Assembly (NCBI GenBank): GCA_016187515.1
Contig: JACPJN010000009.1
Coordinates: forward strand, 132,891-196,890
Length of the DNA stretch: 64,000 bases
Reading direction: 5' to 3'
Source: Candidatus Uhrbacteria bacterium
GTDB taxonomy: Bacteria > Patescibacteriota > Patescibacteriia > GWA2-47-26
Shown piece by piece: positions 9,789-18,768 of this stretch. The notes beneath the pieces are model-generated. The model had not been told where the DNA came from. It searched no databases and worked only from the letters and a program-made list of their open reading frames with translations. Position 1 is the stretch's first letter. Each line of letters begins with the position of its first letter. A program made the position numbers and the translations under genes.

Positions 9789-10061
9789 TTATTTGTTATG
9801 CAGTTCAAATACCGCCAAAAGCTCCTTAATCGCTTTTTCTTCACTTTTCGCGTGCTTCATCTGGCGCGTTACATGGCGACGCAGGTGTTGCTCCAATAAA
9901 AGCACATTCATACTTTGCAAGGATTTCTGAATGGAAAGCGAATGACGGAGCAAGTCAATGCAATAGGTTTCGCTTTCAATCGCCCGCGTCAGTCCCCGCA
10001 TCTGCCCTTCCAAAATCTTTGCCCGATGCACCGCCCGTTTTTTCAGTTTCTGATCAATCAC
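9789..10061 (-). CDS. csoR: CsoR/RcnR-family metal-sensing transcriptional repressor
   Basis: ILEGQMRGLTRAIE...YCIDLL matches the CsoR family; about 90 aa; apparent GTG start. Confidence 0.75.
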   Translation of the reverse strand: MIDQKLKKRAVHRAKILEGQMRGLTRAIESETYCIDLLRHSLSIQKSLQSMNVLLLEQHLRRHVTRQMKHAKSEEKAIKELLAVFELHNK

Positions 10062-10062
10062 A

Positions 10063-10209
10063 ATTAGGAATTAGGTGAATTAGGTGAATTAGGTGAATTA
10101 GGTGAATTAGGTGAATTAGGTGAATTAGGTGAATTTGTCATTCCCCGCCCGTATCACAATCTCAATCAATCCAATTTTAGGAATTAGGTGAATTAGGTGA
10201 ATTAGAAAT
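10063..10209. repeat. Tandem 9-nt repeat (gaattaggt) x about 7, then a second block of about 2.5 units
   Basis: Direct read; lies immediately upstream of the csoR start. Confidence 0.9.
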
Positions 10210-10262
10210 TCTCAAATACCCCCCTCCCCTATTACCAATTCTATCACGCCGGTTATCCACAG

Positions 10263-10616
10263 TCAAGGCAACTCGCATCCGCTTTCCTGCGCGAGTTTTT
10301 CTATCCCCTGTTCCCCCACCAACCGATGCCCGTCCTCAAATATCCATGTAGGGTATCCCTCCACTCCCCTATCCAGACATGTTTGCGGATTTTTCGGACA
10401 TTCCACATAAGGCACATACTGGAAGGCGCTACCGAAGGCCTTTTTTTCTTGCTGGCAATGCGCGCACCAGTCCGCGCCGTACATCGTGACGCCTTTTTCC
10501 GCAAGACACTGGGCAAATCCATCCAACGAATTCGGCTTTGCCAGTTGGGCACTTTTCCACCATACACCACCTGCCACGGCTACGATCCCGATGACGCTGA
10601 ATAGATATTTTTTCAT
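10263..10616 (-). CDS. Membrane-anchored thioredoxin-fold protein (WCAHC active site), DsbA/BdbD-like
   Basis: N-terminal anchor and the motif YGADWCAHCQ. Confidence 0.65.
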   Translation of the reverse strand: MKKYLFSVIGIVAVAGGVWWKSAQLAKPNSLDGFAQCLAEKGVTMYGADWCAHCQQEKKAFGSAFQYVPYVECPKNPQTCLDRGVEGYPTWIFEDGHRLVGEQGIEKLAQESGCELP

Positions 10617-10625
10617 ACTATCGAC

Positions 10626-11135
10626 TCAACAGCACTGTTCTAATCCCTTCTCGATGTTCTGCACATTTTGCGCGTCGGATCGGTGCGGCGCGTGCGGTTC
10701 GCCATGGATCCCGCGCCGAATAAAGAACACATACACCACACCCGACAGTACTACGAGTTCAACTCCCAGTGTGGCCCAGCTCATATATTGCACCGCGCCG
10801 TACACTAGCGGAAACCCTACCACCATAACCGCAAGTTTCCACGCGATCGGATAGCGCCGAACCCAGTGCAGGGATTTTTCGCCTTGATACGCAATACCAA
10901 CCACCGTGCCGCCCATGAGGATTGAGATGGGAATTATGAATGATGAATCCCCGCACCAGAGCAAGCTCGGTGCGGGGCAGGTAGGAATTATGCCACTAAG
11001 CACAAGAACGCTAAGCGTGATCCATGTACTGCTGACTCCGGCGCATACCGGACACAATTTGAATGGCAAGAGCTTGTTCAAGAACCAAACCACGCCTGTG
11101 ATAATGAGAATGAGCAGTATAGCAAGCCACATCAT
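10626..11135 (-). CDS. Integral membrane protein with CPVC motif, putative DsbB/VKOR-like thiol oxidoreductase
   Basis: Four to five TM helices; CPVC after TM1 and a second Cys pair TCPAPSLLWC. Family assignment is uncertain. Confidence 0.4.
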   Translation of the reverse strand: MMWLAILLILIITGVVWFLNKLLPFKLCPVCAGVSSTWITLSVLVLSGIIPTCPAPSLLWCGDSSFIIPISILMGGTVVGIAYQGEKSLHWVRRYPIAWKLAVMVVGFPLVYGAVQYMSWATLGVELVVLSGVVYVFFIRRGIHGEPHAPHRSDAQNVQNIEKGLEQCC

Positions 11136-11139
11136 AGTA

Positions 11140-11928
11140 TTAGAATAAGAAGATTAGAATACCAAGCGCGACCATGGCCACTCCGCCCCATAGCCGCATC
11201 CCTTTGCGTTCTTGTTTTTGCCACGCCTGCACTTTATCCAACAGCAATTTGTTCGATGCGATCGCCAGAATAATCACCAATGGGAGCACAAACAAGATGT
11301 TGTAATAAAGCAGATACGCTAGACCTTTTGCATAGGTAATTTTATCGTGGAGCAATCCCAGAATCATGAGATACGGCCCGCCGGTGCACGGGAATTCGCA
11401 GAGTCCCACCAGCACCCCGAGCACAAACGCCGTCGGCGCGGATCCTTTTTCCATGAGCACCGCCATTTTATGATGCGCCGCGTGCGGAATTTTCAATTTC
11501 AGCGGGAAGCGCGGGAAAAACTCATTTATCAAGTTAATCCCACCGAGCACGATAAGCAGCGTGGCCCCGACTTTAGCCATGAAGTGCGGGGTATTGAAGA
11601 TATGCAGCGCGTGAAGTAAACCCAGACCAATGGCAATGTAGACCGCAAACAATCCCAGAATATACACGCTTCCGATTTTCAAGATACTGGCGCGCATTTT
11701 TCCAATACTCAAAAGAAACGCGATCGTGAGCAGGAGCACGGAAAACGCGCAGGGATTAATGCTATCAATCAGAGCGGCCACACTTACTAGAGGAAACATC
11801 CAGGTTCCACCTTTTGAAATGCCCCACAGCATGGACGTTCCGATATTGCCGATCTGTAAAACAAGCACTCCGCCAATCAGCACGAAGGCGGCAATAATAA
11901 GCCCGATAAGTTGTTTATGTTGCCGCAT
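11140..11928 (-). CDS. ccdA: CcdA/DsbD-family thiol-disulfide transporter
   Basis: Multi-TM protein; INPCAF and CEFPCTGGP resemble the conserved Cys motifs of CcdA. Confidence 0.65.
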   Translation of the reverse strand: MRQHKQLIGLIIAAFVLIGGVLVLQIGNIGTSMLWGISKGGTWMFPLVSVAALIDSINPCAFSVLLLTIAFLLSIGKMRASILKIGSVYILGLFAVYIAIGLGLLHALHIFNTPHFMAKVGATLLIVLGGINLINEFFPRFPLKLKIPHAAHHKMAVLMEKGSAPTAFVLGVLVGLCEFPCTGGPYLMILGLLHDKITYAKGLAYLLYYNILFVLPLVIILAIASNKLLLDKVQAWQKQERKGMRLWGGVAMVALGILIFLF

Positions 11929-11931
11929 AGT

Positions 11932-12459
11932 TTATGGCGTTACCGTGGCGCTGAATTTAAACTCAAACGGCGTGCCAGCGTTATTTTCCAGATACACCAC
12001 GCGGCTAATCCGCCCGACTCCGGCTGGCCCGTGGGCGGCTGGATCAAACGTTACTTCAATCGGAACCGTCTGTCCGGGAGCGAGTGTCTGATTGATTTCC
12101 GGAATTGGCCCGTGCATCGGCATTCCAAATGGCCCATAGGTTTGCCCATCCTTTAGCATTGAAGCCGTAGTACACATGCACGACGTGTATAATTTCTTCA
12201 CGGTGAGTGGATCCGTTCCGGTATTGCGCACGGAAAAAGTATGTTTGACCCTTCCCGCGGCCATGGAAATAACTCCAAAATCGTAGGACCGCGCGTCCGC
12301 GGATAATGCTCCGCCGCTGTCCGCTGCTCCGACATTGTTCTCCGGAGTCGCGGACGGCCTAGCCAACCAGACCGCTCCGGCCAGTAACACCACCGCGACA
12401 ACTCCAATAATAATGTGATTCTGATATTTTTTAAGCATTAGTTTAGTGGTTAATTTCAT
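11932..12459 (-). CDS. DUF1573 domain protein (membrane anchored)
   Basis: YDFGVISMAAGRVKHTFSVRNTGTDPLTV...SCMCT matches the DUF1573 pattern. Confidence 0.6.
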   Translation of the reverse strand: MKLTTKLMLKKYQNHIIIGVVAVVLLAGAVWLARPSATPENNVGAADSGGALSADARSYDFGVISMAAGRVKHTFSVRNTGTDPLTVKKLYTSCMCTTASMLKDGQTYGPFGMPMHGPIPEINQTLAPGQTVPIEVTFDPAAHGPAGVGRISRVVYLENNAGTPFEFKFSATVTP

Positions 12460-12522
12460 AATTATAAAACACCCCGAGTTTGAAATCGGGGTGCATGTTA
12501 AAACTTATAACAACAACCGGAG

Positions 12523-12945
12523 TCATGCACCCATCAATGCTACATCCGCCCGCGATTCATGCAACGCTAGCCAATAAATAATCCGCTGCCGGGTCTTTTG
12601 CCAAAGTTGCGCCAGGCGAATAACTCTCGCGCAACTGCACGCCCATTCTGCTTTCGGCTCATCGCTGATTAATCGCTCTTGACTAGACCGCGCGGCCAAA
12701 AAAAGGCCGACCAAAAGTAAGGTTGCTCCAATCAAGGCTTGCGAAAAAGATTTGAAGGTTTGAATGTGAAATAATAGTGACTCGGTATTCTCTCCGGAAC
12801 CCGGACAGCTTGGCAGGCCGTTGGCCGTTGCCGCAATGCAGCCGCCATGAGCGTGACCACTCCCTCCACCCATGGCGATAAATCCAAACACGGCAATGGC
12901 AATAAAGCTTACCAGGAGTATTATGCCGATATTTCTACGAGACAT
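12523..12945 (-). CDS. Hypothetical membrane protein with His/Gly-rich loop (GGGSGHAHGGC)
   Basis: ORF with TM segments. Confidence 0.35.
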   Translation of the reverse strand: MSRRNIGIILLVSFIAIAVFGFIAMGGGSGHAHGGCIAATANGLPSCPGSGENTESLLFHIQTFKSFSQALIGATLLLVGLFLAARSSQERLISDEPKAEWACSCARVIRLAQLWQKTRQRIIYWLALHESRADVALMGA

Positions 12946-12951
12946 ATTAAT

Positions 12952-13593
12952 CTATTCAAACACAATCCGAATTACATGATCCTTTGCCTCCGGTGTGTAC
13001 TGACCCACGTATTCCCGGAACTCCATATTTGCCTCACCGTTGACAAACATCTTCACCTGTCCAGGTTTTCCCGGCGTACACTCATCGCCATTTTTCTTAT
13101 CCATAATCCGATCGCGATCAAAGGAAATCCGATGCTTATCAAAGAAACGACCGAGTGTAATATCTTCTTTTTGAAGAATGCGCCCCTCAATGTGCCAGGT
13201 GTTATCGCCATGATGGTGATAAAGAGGAATGCCTACCATCTGCCCGCTTTTTGATCCAGGCAAATCGCGCTTCTCACCACATACGTCAATATCAATCTTG
13301 GCATGCCAATGCACCGGTTTATCCGTATAGGTCGTCGCGGCCGGAGTCGGGCCATTCGACGAGGTTGGCTTTGCGCTATAAATCACGGCGCCCACCACAC
13401 CGATACCCAACACTAAACTAATGACATGCCAGGCGTGAATCCGCCGCACTTTCGGCGCGCGCTCGCGCGCTTGTTCTGTTTTTTTAAGTAAACGTCGCTG
13501 TCGTCGCGTCATTGGTTGTTGATCCATATTTATTAGGCATTGTTGATTACAATTTGACTTCGATAATATCGCCGTCCTTAAATACATAGTCAA
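12952..13593 (-). CDS. Hypothetical membrane-anchored protein with His-rich segment (LYHHHGDNTWH)
   Basis: ORF only. Confidence 0.35.
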   Translation of the reverse strand: MTMYLRTAILSKSNCNQQCLINMDQQPMTRRQRRLLKKTEQARERAPKVRRIHAWHVISLVLGIGVVGAVIYSAKPTSSNGPTPAATTYTDKPVHWHAKIDIDVCGEKRDLPGSKSGQMVGIPLYHHHGDNTWHIEGRILQKEDITLGRFFDKHRISFDRDRIMDKKNGDECTPGKPGQVKMFVNGEANMEFREYVGQYTPEAKDHVIRIVFE

Positions 13594-14596
13594 GGCCTTG
13601 TACTGGTGATGCTCCGCCCACTACCACTTTAATGTGTTTCGGATCGTAAGTCAATCCCATACTGTCAAACCAAAACTTTAGCGGTACGCCAGTGGCATGC
13701 ATGTGCAAACGATTAAAGTTTGGTCCTTCCACATGGAGGAAACTTGAGCTTTTGCCATCATCATTGCCTCCCATACGATGCCCATACGGGGTAAGATCAA
13801 GTTCCTTGCCATTCTGAAGTACATGAAACTCTGCATGAATATGCGCTGACTGCAACAGCCCGATTTTTGCATCCGGATCCATGGTACACTCCATCATACC
13901 ACTTTCAATGCATTGATCAATGGCCATCCCGCACGCATCGCACGCTCCGTCGCCGTTTTTATCCATGAGTTCTTTGGCCTGGGCAATGTCGAAAAGGGTG
14001 AATTTCATCTGGCTCGTAACCCCCCTGTCCCCCCTTACCCTAAGTGGGGAATCGCTTTCGTCTCCTCCCCTTAAGATAAGGGGAGGTTGGGAGGGGTTAT
14101 GAGTCGCGAAAAACAGTCCCACCACCGCCACCACTCCCACCAACCCTCCCGCCACCTTCTTCCCCTGCTCCACAAAATCCACCACCCACCCGGTTTCCAC
14201 GCGTTTCACGATCAAATCTTTCAGATACCATCCAAGCACGCCCAGCACCAGCACTAATCCCACTGTTCGCGCGCCGGCAACCCACTCGCCGGCAAATGGC
14301 AATCCCGCCAGTAAAAGTCCGGCATTTCCAAACACGCCGCGTGTGGTAATGCAGCGCATCCTCATCCCCGCACGAATAAAAAGCAGCACACCAAATAATA
14401 CCACTGCCGCGATCCACAATGGCCACTGAAAACGATTTAAAAACAAAAGCGGCATGCCTTGGAGCGCAATGCCAAAAGTGGCTACGAGCGCGATAAGCGA
14501 AGTGCAGACATTATGACAAATCTGCCATGAACCTAAAATTGAGGCACAACCCGAGATTTTACTTCCGCGAGAGAACCAATTTGTTGAAATCTTCAT
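13547..14596 (-). CDS. Hypothetical membrane protein with in-frame palindromic insert (SPLRVRGDRGVT) and Cys-rich C-terminal domain
   Basis: Start trimmed to MKISTNWF at 14596; the track ORF extends upstream across a palindromic element and the trxB 3' end. Confidence 0.4.
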   Translation of the reverse strand: MKISTNWFSRGSKISGCASILGSWQICHNVCTSLIALVATFGIALQGMPLLFLNRFQWPLWIAAVVLFGVLLFIRAGMRMRCITTRGVFGNAGLLLAGLPFAGEWVAGARTVGLVLVLGVLGWYLKDLIVKRVETGWVVDFVEQGKKVAGGLVGVVAVVGLFFATHNPSQPPLILRGGDESDSPLRVRGDRGVTSQMKFTLFDIAQAKELMDKNGDGACDACGMAIDQCIESGMMECTMDPDAKIGLLQSAHIHAEFHVLQNGKELDLTPYGHRMGGNDDGKSSSFLHVEGPNFNRLHMHATGVPLKFWFDSMGLTYDPKHIKVVVGGASPVQGLDYVFKDGDIIEVKL

Positions 14597-14666
14597 AGCA
14601 ATATAGCGACTTGCGCAAAAAGTTCCATACTTGTGCTCCCAAGGCGCATCAGCCCACGGCTGAGAA

Positions 14667-15692
14667 CTATGGAACTTTTTTCTTATTTCTTGGGGGTATA
14701 GATTTAGGCGCGATAATCGGCAACGCATGCACCTCGCAGGCCATTCCACCGTGAACTCCCAGATCTTGATACGCCGAGGTGGCCGCCATCGCGCCTTGCG
14801 CGGCCGCAATAATATCCTGACGGAATGGCCCGGCGCCGTCGGTAATATCTCCTGCCGCGAATATGCCATCCACATTGGTTTTCATAAATTTATCCACATG
14901 GATATATCCTTTCTCGTCTAATTCCACCCCAAGTTTTTTTGCCATCTCATTGTTTGGCAACGCACCGATCTGCACGAATAAACCGCCTGCCTTGAGAACA
15001 TCCGACTCTTTATACGGCTTAGAAAGCCGCACACCTTCAAATTTGTCCGTGCCTAAAATTTCTTTTATCGCGGTGTTGTACAAAATTTCCGCCTTTCCGG
15101 TCTTTACGAGATTGGTCTCAAACCGATCCCAATTCACCGGCTCTGCGGTAATTTTGCCACCACGCACAATGAAATAAATCTTTGTCACGTATTCACCTGC
15201 CAGATTTGCGCCTTTCACGGAAGAATCGCCGCCGCCAACAATAATAATCTCTTTGCCTTTGTAAAGCGGCGCATCACAAGTCGTACAATACGAAATTCCG
15301 CGGCCGGTCAGTTCTTTTTCCTTGGGTAATCCCAGCCGCCGATGCCGCGCGCCCAGCGCGAAACAAATCGTCCGCGATAAAAGATGCGTGCCGTCCGTAA
15401 GTAGGAGATCAAAACAATGCTTTTGTCGAAGTACATCAATGACTTCTCCATCGCGCAGCTCCACACCGGTGGAGACCGCGTGATCTTCCATCTTTTGAAT
15501 AAGCTCATAGCCATCAATGCTCTTGAACCCCGGATAATTTTCAACTGTGGCCGCAATCGCGGTCTCCCCTCCGGGATCCTTGCCGCGCACCACCACGGTT
15601 TTCATCTTATATCGCTCAGCATAAATCCCGGCCGAAAGTCCGGCCGCCCCGCCGCCGATGATTGCGAAATCATACAATTTATCATCCGCCAT
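14667..15692 (-). CDS. trxB: Thioredoxin-disulfide reductase
   Basis: FAD motif DFAIIGGGAAGLSAG; redox CTTCD; NADPH motif IIIVGGGDS. Confidence 0.9.
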   Translation of the reverse strand: MADDKLYDFAIIGGGAAGLSAGIYAERYKMKTVVVRGKDPGGETAIAATVENYPGFKSIDGYELIQKMEDHAVSTGVELRDGEVIDVLRQKHCFDLLLTDGTHLLSRTICFALGARHRRLGLPKEKELTGRGISYCTTCDAPLYKGKEIIIVGGGDSSVKGANLAGEYVTKIYFIVRGGKITAEPVNWDRFETNLVKTGKAEILYNTAIKEILGTDKFEGVRLSKPYKESDVLKAGGLFVQIGALPNNEMAKKLGVELDEKGYIHVDKFMKTNVDGIFAAGDITDGAGPFRQDIIAAAQGAMAATSAYQDLGVHGGMACEVHALPIIAPKSIPPRNKKKVP

Positions 15693-15695
15693 ATC

Positions 15696-15929
15696 CTAGG
15701 ACTTTAACGCGGCTTCAATTTTTGGCTTATCAAAGCCCGTGATAATCGTACCGTTGATGTCAATCACCGGCACGCCCATAAATCCTCCGCTTTTCTTGGT
15801 CATCTCCGCTTGCGCCGCAGAATCTGCCGACACATCTTTCTCCTCGTACTGCACATTATGTTCTTTAAAATATTGCTTGGCCTGCTTGCAGTACGGGCAG
15901 GTTGGCGTAGAGTAAATGATGACGGACAT
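15696..15929 (-). CDS. Glutaredoxin (CPYC)
   Basis: IIYSTPTCPYCKQAK and GVPVIDINGTII match glutaredoxin/NrdH. Confidence 0.8.
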   Translation of the reverse strand: MSVIIYSTPTCPYCKQAKQYFKEHNVQYEEKDVSADSAAQAEMTKKSGGFMGVPVIDINGTIITGFDKPKIEAALKS

Positions 15930-15955
15930 AGTCGAATGGGTTATGAGTTATTAAG

Positions 15956-16135
15956 TTATTGGTTATTATTTTGTTTTTGATTTTCTAGGGCGTGTTTGGT
16001 AATTTCGACGTTGCAACTGTTTTGTGTGGTACACCACTGCTCACACTGGTTAGCCAAATCTTCTGATTCATAATGAAATCCGCACGCTTCACATTGATAT
16101 AATGGCTTATTGTCCTGTGATATGGATTTAACCAT
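15956..16135 (-). CDS. Small zinc-ribbon/rubredoxin-like protein (59 aa; not in ORF track)
   Basis: My translation: MVKSISQDNKPLYQCEACGFHYESEDLANQCEQWCTTQNSCNVEI... Shows a CxxC...CxxxC pattern. Sits directly upstream of grx and trxB. Confidence 0.4.
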   Translation of the reverse strand: MVKSISQDNKPLYQCEACGFHYESEDLANQCEQWCTTQNSCNVEITKHALENQKQNNNQ

Positions 16136-16147
16136 AAGTTTTCTATG

Positions 16148-16603
16148 TTACTTAATTTTGTATCGCATAAGTGCGCTGACTTGCACCGGATTTAAATGCG
16201 TAATCGGCCGGCGCTTTTTTATAAATGCTGCGGCCTGCAGTGTATTCATGCCAGTGGTCATCAAATATGCTGCGACAAGCGTAGGCGCCCGGCCATGTCC
16301 ATTTTTGCAATGTACATATACCGGAATCCTGTTCTGCGCACAAAATCGCAGCATGGCAATACCAAGCTCAAGTTGCCTAGCCGTTGGCGCTTTATGATCC
16401 GCAACCGGAAGCCACAAGTAATAGTCAACTCCAAACGGCGCGTCCAGTCGGTTTTTCTCCAACGAAATGTCCGCGCGGATTTTTTTCGCCAGCAGCCGCT
16501 CATCAAAATGCGTTTGGCAGCATTGATTCGTGCCGATATAGATGTATTCAGTGATTTTATGATAATCAAGTTTTGGATGTTGCGTGTGTCGCATATCTTG
16601 CAA
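16148..16603 (-). CDS. Dual-specificity/tyrosine protein phosphatase
   Basis: VHCKNGHGRAPTLVAAYL matches the HCxxGxxR P-loop. Confidence 0.8.
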   Translation of the reverse strand: MQDMRHTQHPKLDYHKITEYIYIGTNQCCQTHFDERLLAKKIRADISLEKNRLDAPFGVDYYLWLPVADHKAPTARQLELGIAMLRFCAQNRIPVYVHCKNGHGRAPTLVAAYLMTTGMNTLQAAAFIKKRRPITHLNPVQVSALMRYKIK

Positions 16604-16620
16604 TATTACACTCTCCGCAT

Positions 16621-17571
16621 TTACTTGTACAATTCAGTATCCTGATGCGCAGCAGTCCAGGCGAACCAAAATGAGCTGAAGGGATTAATGCGTTCCTGCC
16701 CTCCTTCTGGCAGACGGCGATACACGCGCACCACATCAAGCGCTTTGTCGTACTTAAGCACAAGGGTTTGGCCGGCAAATTCATCTACGACTTCGCCTTT
16801 TTGTTTTACCGCTTCTACCGGGTACGCTTTTGCCTTGCCATCCGTCACAATTCCAAATATAAAGGTGTCAGGCGTAAGTCGCGTATCTCGACCACCAGCC
16901 AACGAGCGCGCAAAACCCACCGAGGAAAAATAATCTCCATATGGACTTGTTCCATAAAAACGCGTGGCTCCGGTCTCCCGCGACAACACTTGCCCGTCCG
17001 GATGCGTAGCGCGCCACTTGCCGAACAACACCTGATCCGATGGCAAGAGCTCTAATTTTGCGCCAATCATCTCTCCCGCAATCGCCTCGCCTAAAATCTG
17101 CGACCATAAACTGTCGGTTTTGCGGTCGTACATCACCAGATTGGATTTCCAAAGCTTTCCTGATGTTCCAAACTCTATGCGCTCACCTTTCACTAAAGGA
17201 TCAAATACAAACCCGGTAAGGCACAGTGGGCAGTAAGTCACCAGAGTCCGCTCACCTTCAGCTGTGTCGTTGACGATCTCATGCCACACTAAAATTTGAT
17301 AGGGATAAAACCGGTGCGTAGCTCCGCGAGAAAATGCGATCCCCGGCTCGCTGTCATCCAGCCACCCCGACGCCTCTGCCGGTGCCATGAAAATTGGATT
17401 ATCAATTGACGGAATGCTATCCCTTCCTAATAGGTTTTTGATTTCACTCTGTGGAACACGACTTGGCGTCTCTTGCGTTGGTATTGGCATTTGATTGTGA
17501 AACAGCTTCCACCAAATTACAAATCCTGCCGCAACTAGAATAATGGCCAAAAATAAGATCCCTTTTTTCAT
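16621..17571 (-). CDS. DUF3179 family protein (signal-anchored)
   Basis: VWHEIVNDT...VTYCPLCLTGFVF...FGTSGKLWKSNLVMYDRKTDSLWSQ matches the conserved DUF3179 core. Confidence 0.65.
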   Translation of the reverse strand: MKKGILFLAIILVAAGFVIWWKLFHNQMPIPTQETPSRVPQSEIKNLLGRDSIPSIDNPIFMAPAEASGWLDDSEPGIAFSRGATHRFYPYQILVWHEIVNDTAEGERTLVTYCPLCLTGFVFDPLVKGERIEFGTSGKLWKSNLVMYDRKTDSLWSQILGEAIAGEMIGAKLELLPSDQVLFGKWRATHPDGQVLSRETGATRFYGTSPYGDYFSSVGFARSLAGGRDTRLTPDTFIFGIVTDGKAKAYPVEAVKQKGEVVDEFAGQTLVLKYDKALDVVRVYRRLPEGGQERINPFSSFWFAWTAAHQDTELYK

Positions 17572-17812
17572 ATTGAAACTTTACTACTTCAACACATGCA
17601 AAAGATACCCAAAAACCATAAATACAATGCCGGCAACGCCCGCATGCTGTTCCCGCTTCATTGCCCGAAAGACCGTTCGGTCAATTTTATGTTCCACCTG
17701 CACGCGGCGGTGCACCGATAGCGCAGTATAAGCAACCATAATTTTTCCAATGATGTCAAGTGTTGAGGCAAGGATATCCATATTGCTTACTCATATCCAC
17801 TCCTGCTATCAA

Positions 17813-18388
17813 TTAATTGCAACCGCAAGTTGACCCGTTTTGTGTTCCGCAGCTGCGGCAAGTGCCGGCCGGCTTGGCATTAGAAGTTTTTCCGCCGTCA
17901 ACCAGATGATTATGCTCCTGATGCGCCTGGCATGAGCATGAACATGCCGTGCAAGTTGTTTTTTTATCTTTCTGATCCATATTTTTGAATTGATAAACCG
18001 CATTGGATGTTTTAATTTTCGACCTTTTGAATTGTCTTTTGTTGTACGCAATCGCGACAATTATGATAATCGCGCCCGGCCCCCAAATCTGCCACGCTCC
18101 CCACGTGCTTAAGAATACATAACGACCAACATAGAGAAGCGCGACACCAATGACCAATAATATAAGCGGTCTCGGATTTTTGTGCGCTCGATAATCAAAA
18201 AGAAAACCAACGGCTCCGATAGCAATTAAACCAAATGCAAGCCACCGCCAGACAGGAATTAAAGCGCCTAATCCCAAATACGTAAGGAGCGAAGCCGAAC
18301 CAATCCAACAAAGCGGACAAACGCCTACTGCTCCAGCGCCTAAAACCGGCGCCAATCTTGTGAGTGCCTTTTCTATTGTTTTGCTCAT
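17813..18388 (-). CDS. Membrane protein with CPLC motif in TM1 and Cys-rich C-terminal tail (putative metal transport/binding)
   Basis: TM helices; tail CTACSCSCQAH...CRSCGTQNGSTCGCN; next to an ArsR regulator. Confidence 0.45.
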   Translation of the reverse strand: MSKTIEKALTRLAPVLGAGAVGVCPLCWIGSASLLTYLGLGALIPVWRWLAFGLIAIGAVGFLFDYRAHKNPRPLILLVIGVALLYVGRYVFLSTWGAWQIWGPGAIIIIVAIAYNKRQFKRSKIKTSNAVYQFKNMDQKDKKTTCTACSCSCQAHQEHNHLVDGGKTSNAKPAGTCRSCGTQNGSTCGCN

Positions 18389-18394
18389 ACTGAA

Positions 18395-18706
18395 TTACAC
18401 GCACGCTTTACATCGCTTGCAAAATTTTGAAATATGGCGATCCATGAGCTTTAGAAGTGGACCCACGGTCTCGCGATTAAGGAAATAGTGTCGCTCCCTG
18501 CCGCGCTGGACTACCCTCACAAATCCGCACAGTTCCAACCGACGCAGATGATGAGAGGCAAGACTTTGCTCCAATTTCAGTTTTTTAGCGATCCGGGTCG
18601 CGCTGATTGCCTTCTCCCGATTTAGAAGGTGCACAATATCCCAGCGCGCTTGATTACCAAGGGTCTCAAAAAATATCTGATGCGGCGCATGCGGAATGTG
18701 GGCCAT
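18395..18706 (-). CDS. ArsR/SmtB-family metalloregulator
   Basis: Winged-HTH core NQARWDIVHLL...ISATRIAKKLKLEQSLASHHLRRL and C-terminal Cys CKRCKAC. Confidence 0.75.
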   Translation of the reverse strand: MAHIPHAPHQIFFETLGNQARWDIVHLLNREKAISATRIAKKLKLEQSLASHHLRRLELCGFVRVVQRGRERHYFLNRETVGPLLKLMDRHISKFCKRCKACV

Positions 18707-18768
18707 ATAATATATGAATTATATATCATATGAAATATATGTCAAGTAATAATTATCCACACCCGGCA

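Noticed and set aside
10063-10209. Tandem repeats at 10063-10209 and 36626-36686 as possible CRISPR arrays
   Set aside because: Units are only 8-9 nt with no unique spacers, and no cas genes are present. They are simple-sequence repeats.
13547-14875. Full 442-aa version of the 13547..14875 ORF
   Set aside because: The upstream 93 codons run through the Family C palindrome and the trxB 3' end, and translate as Arg/Trp-rich junk. I trimmed the start to MKISTNWF at 14596.
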